This document shows positions 42,784 to 52,663 of a stretch of 64,000 nt of DNA, in pieces. This DNA is from Ostreococcus lucimarinus (Eukaryota): assembly GCA_000092065.1 (NCBI GenBank), contig CP000581.1. One strand, 5' to 3'. Under the pieces are notes generated by a model. It was not told where the DNA came from, did not search any database, and saw only the letters and a list, made by a program, of their open reading frames with translations. Each line of letters starts with the position of its first letter. Position 1 is the first letter of the stretch. The translations under genes and the position numbers were made by a program.

Positions 42784-43722
42784 CTAGGAAGAGGTCGCGT
42801 CGGCGTCTGCGAGATCGACCAAACCTAAGAAGTGTTCGCTTCCTCTCAGTAGCGGCGCGTCGACGAGTCTCATCGTAAATTTCATGGGACGCTTCTTCGT
42901 GTCGACATCCACCATCTTCAACCTACCGCAATAGACGTACTCGCACCCTTCCATGCGACAAAAAAGATGTAAAGGCCAGTCTACGTATTTTGGTGCCGCT
43001 TCTTCGCCGTTCTCTGCGCGTGTCATGGCGTCTTCCACGCTCTCCTCTTCTAGCGTCGACGTCTTCATAATCGACTTGATGACGGGTGAATCCTCATCTT
43101 GTCTCGGTTGCGCGAACCACGTGATTCGCGACCCCGCGCGAGTGAAGACGTTATCATACGCGTTTCCGTGCTTGTCTCCGACGTTCACGTATAGCGCGAC
43201 GCAATTTTTCCATTCTTGTATTCCACTCATCTTGGAAAATTTTGGATTGCTCACCGGACTCAACGCGTGAACTACCGCCGCCTTCAACGCCCCCCGGTCG
43301 CTCTCAGGTGGATGGATCGGTTCACCTAGATAATTTGCGTACACATCCCAGAGATTTGCGTTCAACGCACGCAGGGAGTTCGCGCTCGGCGCCTCGCGTT
43401 TGCTCGAAGAGAAATATTTCTTCGTCGTCGCACTCGAGGACGTTTGCGTCATCTTCGCGCGCTTGCGCGCCGAAACACCGTCGCCGAGATCATCGTTGAC
43501 GTCGAAGGTCGTGTAAACCGGGGCTGGGAGCCGACGGACGCGCCCTGAGCGACGTAAATCAGCCTCGTTTGTGGGTTGCTTGGGACGAGGGCCGCGAGGC
43601 TTTGCCGGCGTCGGGCGCTCGGCGTGGAGCGCGGCGTGCGCGGGATTTGACGCGATCAGACGCTCGAGGATAGATTTATTGCGCGCGATGCGCGCCTCGC
43701 GCTGACGCTCGAATTCGTTCAT
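42784..43722 (-). CDS. Hypothetical protein
   Basis: 312-aa ORF with real ATG and coding-like composition. Conserved-looking C-terminal block ITWFAQPRQDEDSPVIKSIMK...PLHLFCRMEGCEYVYCGRLKMV. No family assigned. Confidence 0.45.
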   Translation of the reverse strand: MNEFERQREARIARNKSILERLIASNPAHAALHAERPTPAKPRGPRPKQPTNEADLRRSGRVRRLPAPVYTTFDVNDDLGDGVSARKRAKMTQTSSSATTKKYFSSSKREAPSANSLRALNANLWDVYANYLGEPIHPPESDRGALKAAVVHALSPVSNPKFSKMSGIQEWKNCVALYVNVGDKHGNAYDNVFTRAGSRITWFAQPRQDEDSPVIKSIMKTSTLEEESVEDAMTRAENGEEAAPKYVDWPLHLFCRMEGCEYVYCGRLKMVDVDTKKRPMKFTMRLVDAPLLRGSEHFLGLVDLADADATSS

Positions 43723-43775
43723 CGCGCGCGTGCGTATGTTGTTGCTGGCGCTCTCTCACAGTGACAACGCCCTAC

Positions 43776-43815
43776 GGGCTAGAGATATTTTGGTTGACCA
43801 AAATATTTTGGTTGA
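43776..43815. repeat. Tandem direct repeat ATATTTTGGTTGAC x2 in a 100-bp intergenic spacer
   Basis: gagatattttggttgaccaaaatattttggttgacgc lies between two tandem minus-strand genes. Confidence 0.6.
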
Positions 43816-43821
43816 CGCGGC

Positions 43822-46800
43822 CTAAGCCGCGGGCGTCGGAAGCGCGACGCAAGAGAGCATGCCGAATCGATCACCGTAGATATATCTGTTTCGAGATACT
43901 TCAATCACGGAGCACAGCGCGCTAGTGGAGCGCTTCAGAGGTGGCGCGCACATTGCGACAGGCGACCAGCTCGAGCGGCGTCCTTGTAGACGCGCTGTGG
44001 AGAGGTTCCAGCACGCAAATGAACAGTCTGTAGATGCTGAGAGTAATGGCTTCATCTCCATGTCTCTGACTCCCTTACCGGAGCTTCCCGCATTCACAGA
44101 ATTCGTCCGTTTCGGTCTTCCACTCCCCTCGGTCGTCAGGCACGTCACCGCTCCGACGTGCGCTCGAGACTTGCTCACGCAGCGCCACGCCTGACGAACA
44201 TCGTTCACGAGTTCGCCCCCGGACCAAAGGCACAGCTCGCCGTCGCTGGAACCAGATGCGATTATACCCACGGGCTCACGACCACGAGTTTCGTCCTGAA
44301 GTACGCAGAGCGAGGTGACGTCACCCAAGTGCCCGCTCAGACGAATGTCGCCCCCGGTGTCGCCATCGAGACGCAACACTCGCACTAAACCGTCCGCACC
44401 CGCGCTGGCGGTAGAGTCTGACCCTCGCAAAGGTGCCAAATACGTCACTCTGCCTTGATGCGCGTGTGCCAGCGACACTGGCCCTGCTGTGGCGTAACGA
44501 GGATCCCAAGCGCGCACCACGCCCGCGGCATCGCCAGTGAGAATGCTGCCGACGGCACCGCCGCGCGCGTCGCGAGTGGCAAAGGCAGTGACGCCACCAA
44601 CGTGGCCTTTAATCACGCTCACTGCACGCGTTGCATCGCTTTGTCTAGCGTCCCAGAGTTTCACGGTGCCATCGTTTCCCGCCGATGCGGTGAGCGGCGC
44701 AGACGATATTACTTGATTCACCACCGGAGACACGAAGGATACGGTTTCTCCTCTGTGCGCGTCCGGAACGATGGATATACGCGTGCCCGTCACCGAATCC
44801 CACGTCTCAATCACCCCATCACGGCGACCGCAGAACGCATGCGCGCTACGCGGTATAAACGTCAGCGCAGAGAGCGGTGATGCGTGAATTTGCGGACTGT
44901 GCGAACGCGTCGTGACGCCTGAATCCGGAGCGAAGAAAGCGACGTCACCTCGGCCACTTCCAAGAGCCACCAAGGACGAGACAACACCAGACTGCACAGT
45001 CATCGCCGTAATGGCTGATCGATCCCATATCTGTGCTTCAATAACGTCCGAAGGACAACAATCTTGCACGGGTGCGTACGAATGTAAGGCTCTGTCGTTT
45101 GCGCCAAAGTGGAATGCGCTCGATTGTCGCAACTTTTCCACCCAAGACTCGAATGAAATCGTGGAGTACGCCGACGCCGACAGAGCTCTGCCAACACTAA
45201 CGTCGACTTCAACGGAACACATTTTCTCAAAATCAAATCTCACCATGACTTCGTTCAATAACGCAGAGGATTGGTCCGAAGTCAGTCCGACGAGGGCAAA
45301 GCACCGAACCAGATCACTTGTCCTGGTTTCGGCGTCGGTACCGTGTAACCATGCGACGTCTGTATTGACGGCAAATAAACCGCACCAAAGATTGACAGCA
45401 TCCCATCGTGCGGCTCCCTTTAACCAAAGCGTGCGGGTATTCGAAGGCTGATAAGTGCGTACGATGCGGATGGCGTGCGCCAGCGACGTGGCATCGCCGG
45501 CAGCATCGGCGCGCAGAACGGCTGCGCTGATCGCGATTGAAACAATATTGAAACGCCTGGTACCGGAGATCAAATGCCTTTTGACACCAGTGAGAAGAGC
45601 GATGTAGTTGAGAGTTGCGGCGTGCTCCGCCAAGGCGGCCGCCACGACGTCGTCGTGATTGGTGAAAATTGGATACACGAGCGCCGTCGCCTCGTCGACG
45701 TCGTCATCGTCATTGGATGGCTGCAAATCTTGCGGGACCTCGACCGTATCGATCGCCTCATCGTCGTCAAGCACATCCAAATCATCACGGTGCGAACGGA
45801 TGTAGTCAGCCAATGATGCCGCATCTTTCTTTGTCAGCGTGTTGTAATACCAGTCAAAGTTGACCGCCTTGTCAGCGTTCTCGGCGACTTGTATCGCTTT
45901 TGCTAGGGCGCGTTCTTCGGGCAACGCGTCGGACCCCATTCGACGTCGCACTCTATCTTTTAACCATCCCCATGTTGCTCGCTTTAGCGTCGAATTGGTT
46001 GACGATCGAGCATCTCGGACGGGAACATCGTTGAATTTGTCGACGTTTTCGCCGCCGAGCGAAGGAGAAGAGTCCATAAACTTTGCCTCGATCTTTTGAT
46101 AAATCGAAAGCGAGCGCATAGACTTTGCGCTTTGCTGGGCGTCATCGAAATTCGAAATATGAAGACGCGGTATCAAAAGCGAGTCCGTCGACCGAGACTC
46201 GATAGAAGCGGGTAAAACCAACGAGTCGCCTGTCAGCTGTGTCGAACGAAATTTCGCGCGTCTCTTCCTGCCGATGTCTCCTGCTACAGATTTTCCAAGC
46301 CTGGACAGCGACGAAGCGTCGTCTAGCAAGGACAAGAACGCATTTGTTTCCAAAATCTGATCCGTGAACGCACCGCGCCAACGACTGATTTCGTGCCTAT
46401 AATCGTGTTTCTTGAGTTGCGCCGCCCCGCTGGCGTCCTGCACGACGTAACGATGAAGAGAATCGAGCTGAAGTAACTCGTACCAAAAATCGGTGAAAAC
46501 CGCAGTCACACGCATGTTGACGTCCGCATCCCAGTTGACGAACATGCTCGCATCGAGCTCGTCCGTATCAACGATACCAGGCTTGATTATCTTTCGCACG
46601 CGTTCGATGAAATCTCGCAACATGCTCTCTTGAGGCAGGAGAATTTGCTCGCCGCCGTCTCGCATCGATCCCGTGTCTAAATCTACCACCGTAACACCCT
46701 CGAGCGCGCGTTCATCCACGTCGACGTCGTGCGTGGCTCCCATGATAAACGGCATGGGCGCATCCAAGTAATCAACCATTGAAATCGGCAAGCAGGGAAT

Positions 46801-47727
46801 GTACACGTGTCTCCACACGAGCGGATGCGCGAGCCCGCTCAGGGCTTCGGCGCACTTGACCAACAAGCTCACCTGCTTGCTTCGCAACAGCAACCGACGC
46901 TCGCACGCGATCGCCGCGACACACTTGAACACAGTTCGCACGGGCAAACACCGCATCAGCGGCTCTTTACCGTCCGCAAACGCCTCGCGCGCGCCGTGAT
47001 CCGCCGCCCCCCGCGGCGGCACCGTCACCAACGCGCCGCCGATTGGAAACAAAACCGCGCGATCGCGTCGCCACATCAACCTATCCACCACCATCTCCGC
47101 GATCACGGACAGAACCGGTAGGTGCCCTCGCCCTGGCTTTCTAAAGTAAGCCTCGAACACGTGCTCCAACGCCTCCATCCACGCGTCCAGGCACGGCATT
47201 CGCGACACCAAACACACGCACGCCCGCGCGCGCGTCGCCCCCGCCGTCTCCCCGCTCATCGTCCTCAGGCTCCGCTCCGGCGTCGCCGCCACGAACGACA
47301 CGCACGCGACGTATATCCTATCCCCGTTTTCATCCGTCAGTATCGTCGGGTACCGAGTCGGATGTTCGTCGTCCGCGCGTTCGTCGTCGCCGTACGCGTC
47401 GACGCCTCGCGGCAGCGCCAGCGTCGCCAACTGCGCCGGGTACCGCGCGCTCGCCCGCGGGCACTCATCGAGCACGCCGGCGTGATACACCGTCCGCGTC
47501 CACTCGCGCGCGTCCGCCGTCGCCGCCGCCGTCGTCGCCGTCGCCGTTCCGCTCGCGATACCGTTGCTCGACGTCCCGACCCCTCGCGCGCGCGCGCGCC
47601 GCATCGCGCGCGGGTTCGGCGGCAACCCGCACACGACGAACGCGTCCACGCACGCGCCCGTCGTCGCGCGCGCGCGCCGCGCGTCGCCGTCGCCGTCCTC
47701 GTCGCCGTCGTCGCTCGCGCGCGTCAT
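43822..47727 (-). CDS. DENN-domain / WD40-repeat protein (SCD1-like)
   Basis: uDENN-DENN-dDENN region (PIGGALVTVPP...LLLRSKQVSLLVKCAEALSGLAHPLVWRHVYIPCLPISMVDYLDAPMPFIMG), long linker and C-terminal WD40 repeats (DGTVKLWD, GHVGGVTAF, SGSSDGELCLW). ATG lies inside the 47630-47835 inverted repeat. Confidence 0.75.
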   Translation of the reverse strand: MTRASDDGDEDGDGDARRARATTGACVDAFVVCGLPPNPRAMRRARARGVGTSSNGIASGTATATTAAATADAREWTRTVYHAGVLDECPRASARYPAQLATLALPRGVDAYGDDERADDEHPTRYPTILTDENGDRIYVACVSFVAATPERSLRTMSGETAGATRARACVCLVSRMPCLDAWMEALEHVFEAYFRKPGRGHLPVLSVIAEMVVDRLMWRRDRAVLFPIGGALVTVPPRGAADHGAREAFADGKEPLMRCLPVRTVFKCVAAIACERRLLLRSKQVSLLVKCAEALSGLAHPLVWRHVYIPCLPISMVDYLDAPMPFIMGATHDVDVDERALEGVTVVDLDTGSMRDGGEQILLPQESMLRDFIERVRKIIKPGIVDTDELDASMFVNWDADVNMRVTAVFTDFWYELLQLDSLHRYVVQDASGAAQLKKHDYRHEISRWRGAFTDQILETNAFLSLLDDASSLSRLGKSVAGDIGRKRRAKFRSTQLTGDSLVLPASIESRSTDSLLIPRLHISNFDDAQQSAKSMRSLSIYQKIEAKFMDSSPSLGGENVDKFNDVPVRDARSSTNSTLKRATWGWLKDRVRRRMGSDALPEERALAKAIQVAENADKAVNFDWYYNTLTKKDAASLADYIRSHRDDLDVLDDDEAIDTVEVPQDLQPSNDDDDVDEATALVYPIFTNHDDVVAAALAEHAATLNYIALLTGVKRHLISGTRRFNIVSIAISAAVLRADAAGDATSLAHAIRIVRTYQPSNTRTLWLKGAARWDAVNLWCGLFAVNTDVAWLHGTDAETRTSDLVRCFALVGLTSDQSSALLNEVMVRFDFEKMCSVEVDVSVGRALSASAYSTISFESWVEKLRQSSAFHFGANDRALHSYAPVQDCCPSDVIEAQIWDRSAITAMTVQSGVVSSLVALGSGRGDVAFFAPDSGVTTRSHSPQIHASPLSALTFIPRSAHAFCGRRDGVIETWDSVTGTRISIVPDAHRGETVSFVSPVVNQVISSAPLTASAGNDGTVKLWDARQSDATRAVSVIKGHVGGVTAFATRDARGGAVGSILTGDAAGVVRAWDPRYATAGPVSLAHAHQGRVTYLAPLRGSDSTASAGADGLVRVLRLDGDTGGDIRLSGHLGDVTSLCVLQDETRGREPVGIIASGSSDGELCLWSGGELVNDVRQAWRCVSKSRAHVGAVTCLTTEGSGRPKRTNSVNAGSSGKGVRDMEMKPLLSASTDCSFACWNLSTARLQGRRSSWSPVAMCAPPLKRSTSALCSVIEVSRNRYIYGDRFGMLSCVALPTPAA

Positions 47728-47835
47728 TCGTCGACGCGTCGACGAATGACGACGCGCGCTCCGGACGACGGCGACGCGCGACGCGGTCGCTCGACGACGG
47801 GCGCGTCGTCGGACGCCTTCGTCGAGGGCGACGCG
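47630..47835. repeat. Imperfect ~100-nt inverted repeat centred on the perfect 18-nt palindrome TCGTCGACGCGTCGACGA (47728..47745), containing the start codons of two divergent genes
   Basis: Arms share about 80% identity with one 18-nt indel. The left arm read on the minus strand is ATGACGCGCGCGAGCGACGACGGCGAC... and the right arm is ATGACGACGCGCGCTCCGGACGACGGCGAC... Confidence 0.7.
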
Positions 47836-48591
47836 TTCGAGTACGCGCGCCGGACGACGGCGAACACGACGGGGCAGCTGACGTGGCCCGCCGCGCGCGC
47901 GCTCGCGGCGTTTCTCGACGCGAGCGACGCGCTGCGGCGCGCGCGCGAGGTGCTCGAACTCGGCAGCGGTAACGGTTGGCTCGGCCTCGCGGTGCTGCGC
48001 GCGCGCGGCGCGCGCGACGTGCGAGTGACGATGACGGAGACGACGGAAGGCGGCGCGCTGCGATGGCTCGAGGCGCGGGCGCGGGCGAACGCGGCGTGGG
48101 GACGGATCGAGGGCGACGACGGCGCGCGCGCGCGGTGTCGAGCGTTGAATTGGAACGCGTTTTCGTCCGACGCGGCGGCGAGCGACGCGGGCGACGCGGG
48201 CGACGGCGAGGAAGGCGCGAACGCGGACGCGAGGGGCTCGGCGAGGACGGAGGACGAGACGCCGCTCACGGCGGATTCGCCCGAACTCGCCGACGTCGAC
48301 GTCGTGCTCGGCGCGGATTTAGTGTACGACGACGCCGGTGTCGTCGCGCTTCCGCGCGTCGTCAAGGCGTTGCTCTCGCGCGCGCGGTCGGGTGCGGTGT
48401 TTTATTACGCGCACACCAAGCACAGATACGACGGGATGGATTTGGATTTTTTCGCGAACGTCTCGGCGAACGGGTTGACGTGCGAAGAGGTTCGCCCGCG
48501 CGGCGCCCCGAGTCCACCGCCGAGCCCACCGCCGTTCGAATCGTTATTTCCCGATCAGCGCATCGCTATTTATCGCATCGCGCTCGCGTAG
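47746..48591 (+). CDS. Methyltransf_16-family (METTL21/FAM86-like) protein lysine methyltransferase
   Basis: LTWPAARALAAFL...REVLELGSGNGWLGLAV...DVVLGADLVYD. It is the 3' part of a 489-aa ORF in the track; the part before ATG 47746 is antisense of the DENN gene. Confidence 0.65.
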   Translation: MTTRAPDDGDARRGRSTTGASSDAFVEGDAFEYARRTTANTTGQLTWPAARALAAFLDASDALRRAREVLELGSGNGWLGLAVLRARGARDVRVTMTETTEGGALRWLEARARANAAWGRIEGDDGARARCRALNWNAFSSDAAASDAGDAGDGEEGANADARGSARTEDETPLTADSPELADVDVVLGADLVYDDAGVVALPRVVKALLSRARSGAVFYYAHTKHRYDGMDLDFFANVSANGLTCEEVRPRGAPSPPPSPPPFESLFPDQRIAIYRIALA

Positions 48592-48659
48592 TTTTGTATT
48601 AGTAGTTTGTAGTCGCGAGCGCAGCCGCCGCGCGAGCGCAGCCGCCGCGCCGTCACAAC

Positions 48660-49823
48660 ATGGCGCTCGCCGCGCGCCGCGCGCCGCCGCGCGCGCTGGT
48701 CGCGCCTCGCGCGCGCGCGCGCCTCGCGCGCGCGAGCGTCCGCGCCTCGCGCGCGCCCGCGGTCGACGACGACGCGCGGTTCGGGCGGCGTCGCGACGCG
48801 CTCGCGCTCGGTGACGTCGTGGAGGTGCGTCTCGTGCGTCGACCGGGCGCGAGCGCGGGCGACGCGGCGACGGCGGTGGGAGAGATTTCAGATTTCGTGA
48901 CGAACTCGAGCTTTCACGCGGACGGGATCAAGGTGCGGCTGAAGAGCGGGGAGATTGGGCGGGTGACGCGCGCGCGCTGGGACGACGAAGACGACGAAGA
49001 CGAAGTCCACGAGGACGAGGACGAGTACGAGGACGAGGACGAAGACGAGGACGAGGACGCGCGTCAAACGTCATCGAGCGCGGCGACGACGTCGAACGGT
49101 GGTGAACGCGCGGGTGAGGCGCTTCGGACGGCGTACGTGTCCGGCGTCTCAAAGTCGTCGTCGGCGGCGGACGTCAAAGCGTTGGCTTCGGGATTACCGG
49201 GCGTCAAGAACGTGCGCGTGCCCGTGCGAGGAGGGTCGCACATGGGGTACATGTTCATCGAGTGCGCGGACGGCGATGGCATGCGAGGCGTGATCGAGGC
49301 TCTGCACGGACGGGAATTCCACGGCAAGGCGCTGGTCGCCGAGCGCGCGAAGGAGGATCCGAAACCGAAAAAGAAAAAGCCCAAGACCGATGCAGCGAGC
49401 GCGAAACTGAAAACGAAGAAGACAAAAACGCGCGCTGAGCTCGAGGCCGAAGCCGCGGCGCGCCGCATCCTCGACGCTCGCGCGCAAATGGAAGCCGACG
49501 CGCTCCTGGAACTCGAGCGCGCCAAACGCCGGCGAGAGCGCGAGCTCGAGGTCCGCGAGCGCGAGCTCGAGGTTCAGCGCGCGCTCGATCTCGACCGCGA
49601 ACGTCGCGCAAGAAACCTTCTCGAGCGGCGCGCCGCCGCCGCTCAGGCTCGCGCCGAGCGCGCTCGAGCCGCCGCCGACGCTCGCGAATCCGCGCTCTCC
49701 GCCGCGCGCGCGCTCGGCGACGTCCGCATCGATCCGTCCTGGCGTCCTCGCGCCGACGCTCTTCGCGAAACTCTCGCCCGTTTACGCGTCGACGCCGACG
49801 ATGGTCGACCCTCGCGCTCTTAG
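48660..49823 (+). CDS. Organelle-targeted protein with YwbE/DUF2196-like domain, RRM-like domain and coiled-coil tail
   Basis: Transit-peptide-like N-terminus, GDVVEVRLVRRPG...GEISDFVTNSSFHADGIKVRLKSGEIGRV (YwbE-like), acidic tract, RRM-like YVSGVS...GYMFIECADGDGMRGVIEALHGREFHGKALVAERA, then an Arg/Glu coiled coil. Confidence 0.5.
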   Translation: MALAARRAPPRALVAPRARARLARASVRASRAPAVDDDARFGRRRDALALGDVVEVRLVRRPGASAGDAATAVGEISDFVTNSSFHADGIKVRLKSGEIGRVTRARWDDEDDEDEVHEDEDEYEDEDEDEDEDARQTSSSAATTSNGGERAGEALRTAYVSGVSKSSSAADVKALASGLPGVKNVRVPVRGGSHMGYMFIECADGDGMRGVIEALHGREFHGKALVAERAKEDPKPKKKKPKTDAASAKLKTKKTKTRAELEAEAAARRILDARAQMEADALLELERAKRRRERELEVRERELEVQRALDLDRERRARNLLERRAAAAQARAERARAAADARESALSAARALGDVRIDPSWRPRADALRETLARLRVDADDGRPSRS

Positions 49824-50240
49824 CGCCGTAGCCCTTCGTTGTAGCTTGTAGCGGTTGTAGCGGCGAGCCTTTCGCCTCGAGAGATTTCGCCAAATCATGG
49901 TCGAGCCGCGTTTTTCGCCAAGTGATGGTAAAAACGGACCTCGCGGGACGGGGTCGCCTCCCGCGCGCTCGCATCCGCCTTTTCACGACGCACGCGAGAG
50001 AAGAGTACGTCACGACCGCCGACGCGCGCGCGCGAACGCAATCGAACCATTCGCGTCGCCTCGCGCGCGCTCGTGAAGCGACGCGTGGCGCGACCGACGC
50101 ACCGACCGCCGCGACGCACCGGGCCAAACCCCGAGCGCGCCGCGATCGCGCATCGCGCGTGAAACCTCTCGCGCGAGCGCGAGCGCGCGAACAAGAGACT
50201 GACGATCGACGCGCGCGTTTCGTTTTCATCATTCACAGTG

Positions 50241-51541
50241 TCTCATCGCAAGTTTGAACGTACGTGGCGACGCGAGGCGCGGCACGATGATCTCGGGACG
50301 CGATCGCGCAAAGCCCTAGCGGCGAAGGTGACCTCGCGCGACTCGACTCGGTGATGCGACGCGAACGATGACTGACGAAGACGTGTTGTGTGTGAAATAT
50401 AGACCCGCGTTACGGTAACCTCGGTTTCTTGCCGAAGAAGCGCTCGAAGCGCAGCCGGGGTAAGGTCAAGTCGTTCCCGAAGGATGACGCGAGCAAGCCG
50501 CCGCACCTCACCGCGTTCATGGGCTTCAAGGCTGGCATGACGCACATCGTTCGCGATGTCGATAAGCCCGGCTCGAAGATGCACAAGAAGGAAACGTGCG
50601 AATCGGTGACGATCATCGAGTGCCCGGAACTCATCGTGGTTGGCCTCGTCGGTTACGTGCGCACGCCGAAGGGCTTGCGCGGGAAGAAGACGGTGTGGGC
50701 CGAACACTTGAACGATGAAGTCCGCCGTCGATTCTACAAGAACTGGTTCAAGTCCAAGAAGAAGGCGTTCACCAAGTACACGAAGAACTACACCAACGGT
50801 TCCATCGACAAGGACTTGGACGAGCTCAAGAAGTCTTGCGACGTCATTCGCGTCATCGCGCACACGCAAGTGCGCAAGGTTTCAGGCTTGAAGCAAAAGA
50901 AGGCTCACATTATGGAGATTCAAGTTAACGGTGGTGACGTCGCCGCCAAGGTTGACTTTGGCTACGCTCTCTTCGAAAAGGCTGTGCCGGTCGACACCGT
51001 GTTCCAGCAAGACGAAATGATTGATCTCATCGGCGTCACGAAGGGTAAGGGTTACGAAGGCGTCGTCACCCGTTGGGGCGTCACCCGACTTCCGCGCAAG
51101 ACCCACAGAGGTTTGCGTAAGGTTGGTTGCATCGGTGCGTGGCACCCGTCGCGTGTTTCCTACACGGTTGCCCGTGCGGGTCAACACGGTTACCATCACC
51201 GTACGGAAATCAACAAGAAGGTGTACAAGATCGGCAAGGCTGGTCAAGACAGCTTCGGTGCGAGTACGTTCCACGACCCGACGGAGAAGGAAATCACCCC
51301 GATGGGTGGCTTCGCGCACTACGGTATCGTCAAGCACGACTACGTCATGATCAAGGGTGGTGTCGTCGGCCCGCGCAAGCGCTTGATCACGATGCGTCAA
51401 TCTCTCTTCAAGCAAACGCGTCGCGTCGCCACGGAGAAGATTACGCTCAAGTTCATCGACACCTCGTCCAAGTTCGGTCACGGTCGCTTCCAAACCTCCG
51501 AAGAGAAGGCGAAGGTTTTCGGTACGACGAAGCAAGCGTAA
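50241..51541 (+). CDS. RPL3: 60S ribosomal protein L3 (exons 50241..50259 and 50403..51541; start codon unresolved)
   Basis: Exon 2 gives (H)[28 protein letters not shown]...full RPL3. Upstream exon TCT CAT CGC AAG TTT GAA C encodes SHRKFE(H), matching [21 protein letters not shown]. The codon before Ser is GTG, immediately after ttcacag. Confidence 0.85.
50260..50402 (+). other. Spliceosomal intron (143 nt) in RPL3
   Basis: Donor C|GTACGT and acceptor aaatatag|AC, phase 1. Joining regenerates the conserved His codon CAC. Confidence 0.8.
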
Positions 51542-51686
51542 GCTTCTTTGTCGTTCGCAATCGCTGGTTAGTCACGTTTGTTTTAATGTCGAAGACGCAT
51601 TTTTAGCTAAACATAATAAACTCCGAGGTCCCGGTCGGCGTCTCTGCGAACGCGCTTAAGTCGTTACGGTGGCTGATTCTCGAAGA

Positions 51687-51691
51687 TTACA
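51687..51691 (-). promoter_or_regulatory. TGTAA polyadenylation-signal motif overlapping the CURT1 TAA stop codon
   Basis: Plus strand ttaca at 51687-51691, so the minus strand reads TGTAA with TAA as the stop. Confidence 0.45.
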
Positions 51692-52079
51692 AAATCTTGT
51701 TCAAGGTCTTAGTGACGGTCTCTTTCAACGCCGCGCGGTCGGGCTTGTAGAGGAGGTTCTGGTACACGAAGAAACCCGAGAAGAGGATCCCGACGAGTTC
51801 GAGAAGGTCCGGGATGAGCGGCAACGAGTCCACCGCGCGAAGCGTACCGTTCGCCGCGACGAGACCGACGAACCCGTACACACTGAGCGTCACGATCGCC
51901 GGCTTTTCATCCGACTCCTCCCACTTCTCCGAGAGCGTGTCCGTGACTTCTCTCAACTTGTCTTGCAAGTCGTCCGCCGCGGCTCTGCGCGCCACGAATC
52001 GCGCGGGTCGCGCCGCGCGAGACTTCATCGTCATTCGCGTCGTCGTCGGCGCCTTCGCCGTGATTCTCGTCGCAAGCAT
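51687..52079 (-). CDS. CURT1: CURT1 (curvature thylakoid 1, CAAD-domain) family protein
   Basis: Transit peptide, then LSVYGFVGLVAANGTLRAVDSLPLIPDLLELVGILFSGFFVYQNLLYKPDRAALKE matches CURT1/TMP14. Stop TAA is embedded in a minus-strand TGTAA. Confidence 0.75.
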   Translation of the reverse strand: MLATRITAKAPTTTRMTMKSRAARPARFVARRAAADDLQDKLREVTDTLSEKWEESDEKPAIVTLSVYGFVGLVAANGTLRAVDSLPLIPDLLELVGILFSGFFVYQNLLYKPDRAALKETVTKTLNKIL

Positions 52080-52663
52080 CGTCGTCGGCTTTATCTATCC
52101 TTCGTTCGCCATCGCGCGCGCATCGTCAGTCGTTTTTCGCCTCCATCCGCGACCGCGTCTCGCCGCAATCCAATCAATCAATCTTTCGCCCGCGCCAACG
52201 TCACGCCCGATCGATCGTCCGCATCGCGTCCACCCGCGTCGTTTTTCGCGCGTTCGCTCGCGTCGTTCGCGCGCGTCTCGCCGCGATCGTTCGCGCGTCG
52301 CGCGCGCGCGTCGCTTCTTCGTCGTCGCTCGACGCACCGCGTGGATCAGTGGCGCTCGCGCGTGTCGTCGCCATCGTATCTTTCCCGTCCGCGCGGGTCT
52401 CGCGGGGGTCGTTCGCGAGTCACGAACGGCGAAACCGGGGACTCCTCGAATTATACACACGGAACACACGCGTCGTCCGCGGTCGGTCGACCCATCGCGC
52501 GCCGCGCACCGCGACGCGCGCGCGCGCGCGATCCGCGCGCGGACGAACGGGTCGTCGCGATCGCGATCGCGCGCGCGCCGGCGTCGCGACGCGATCGCGG
52601 ACGCGCGCGGCGAAGAAGCGCGATCGATCGGCGCGCGGTGGTTAGCGAGGCGGCCGGGAGGCG

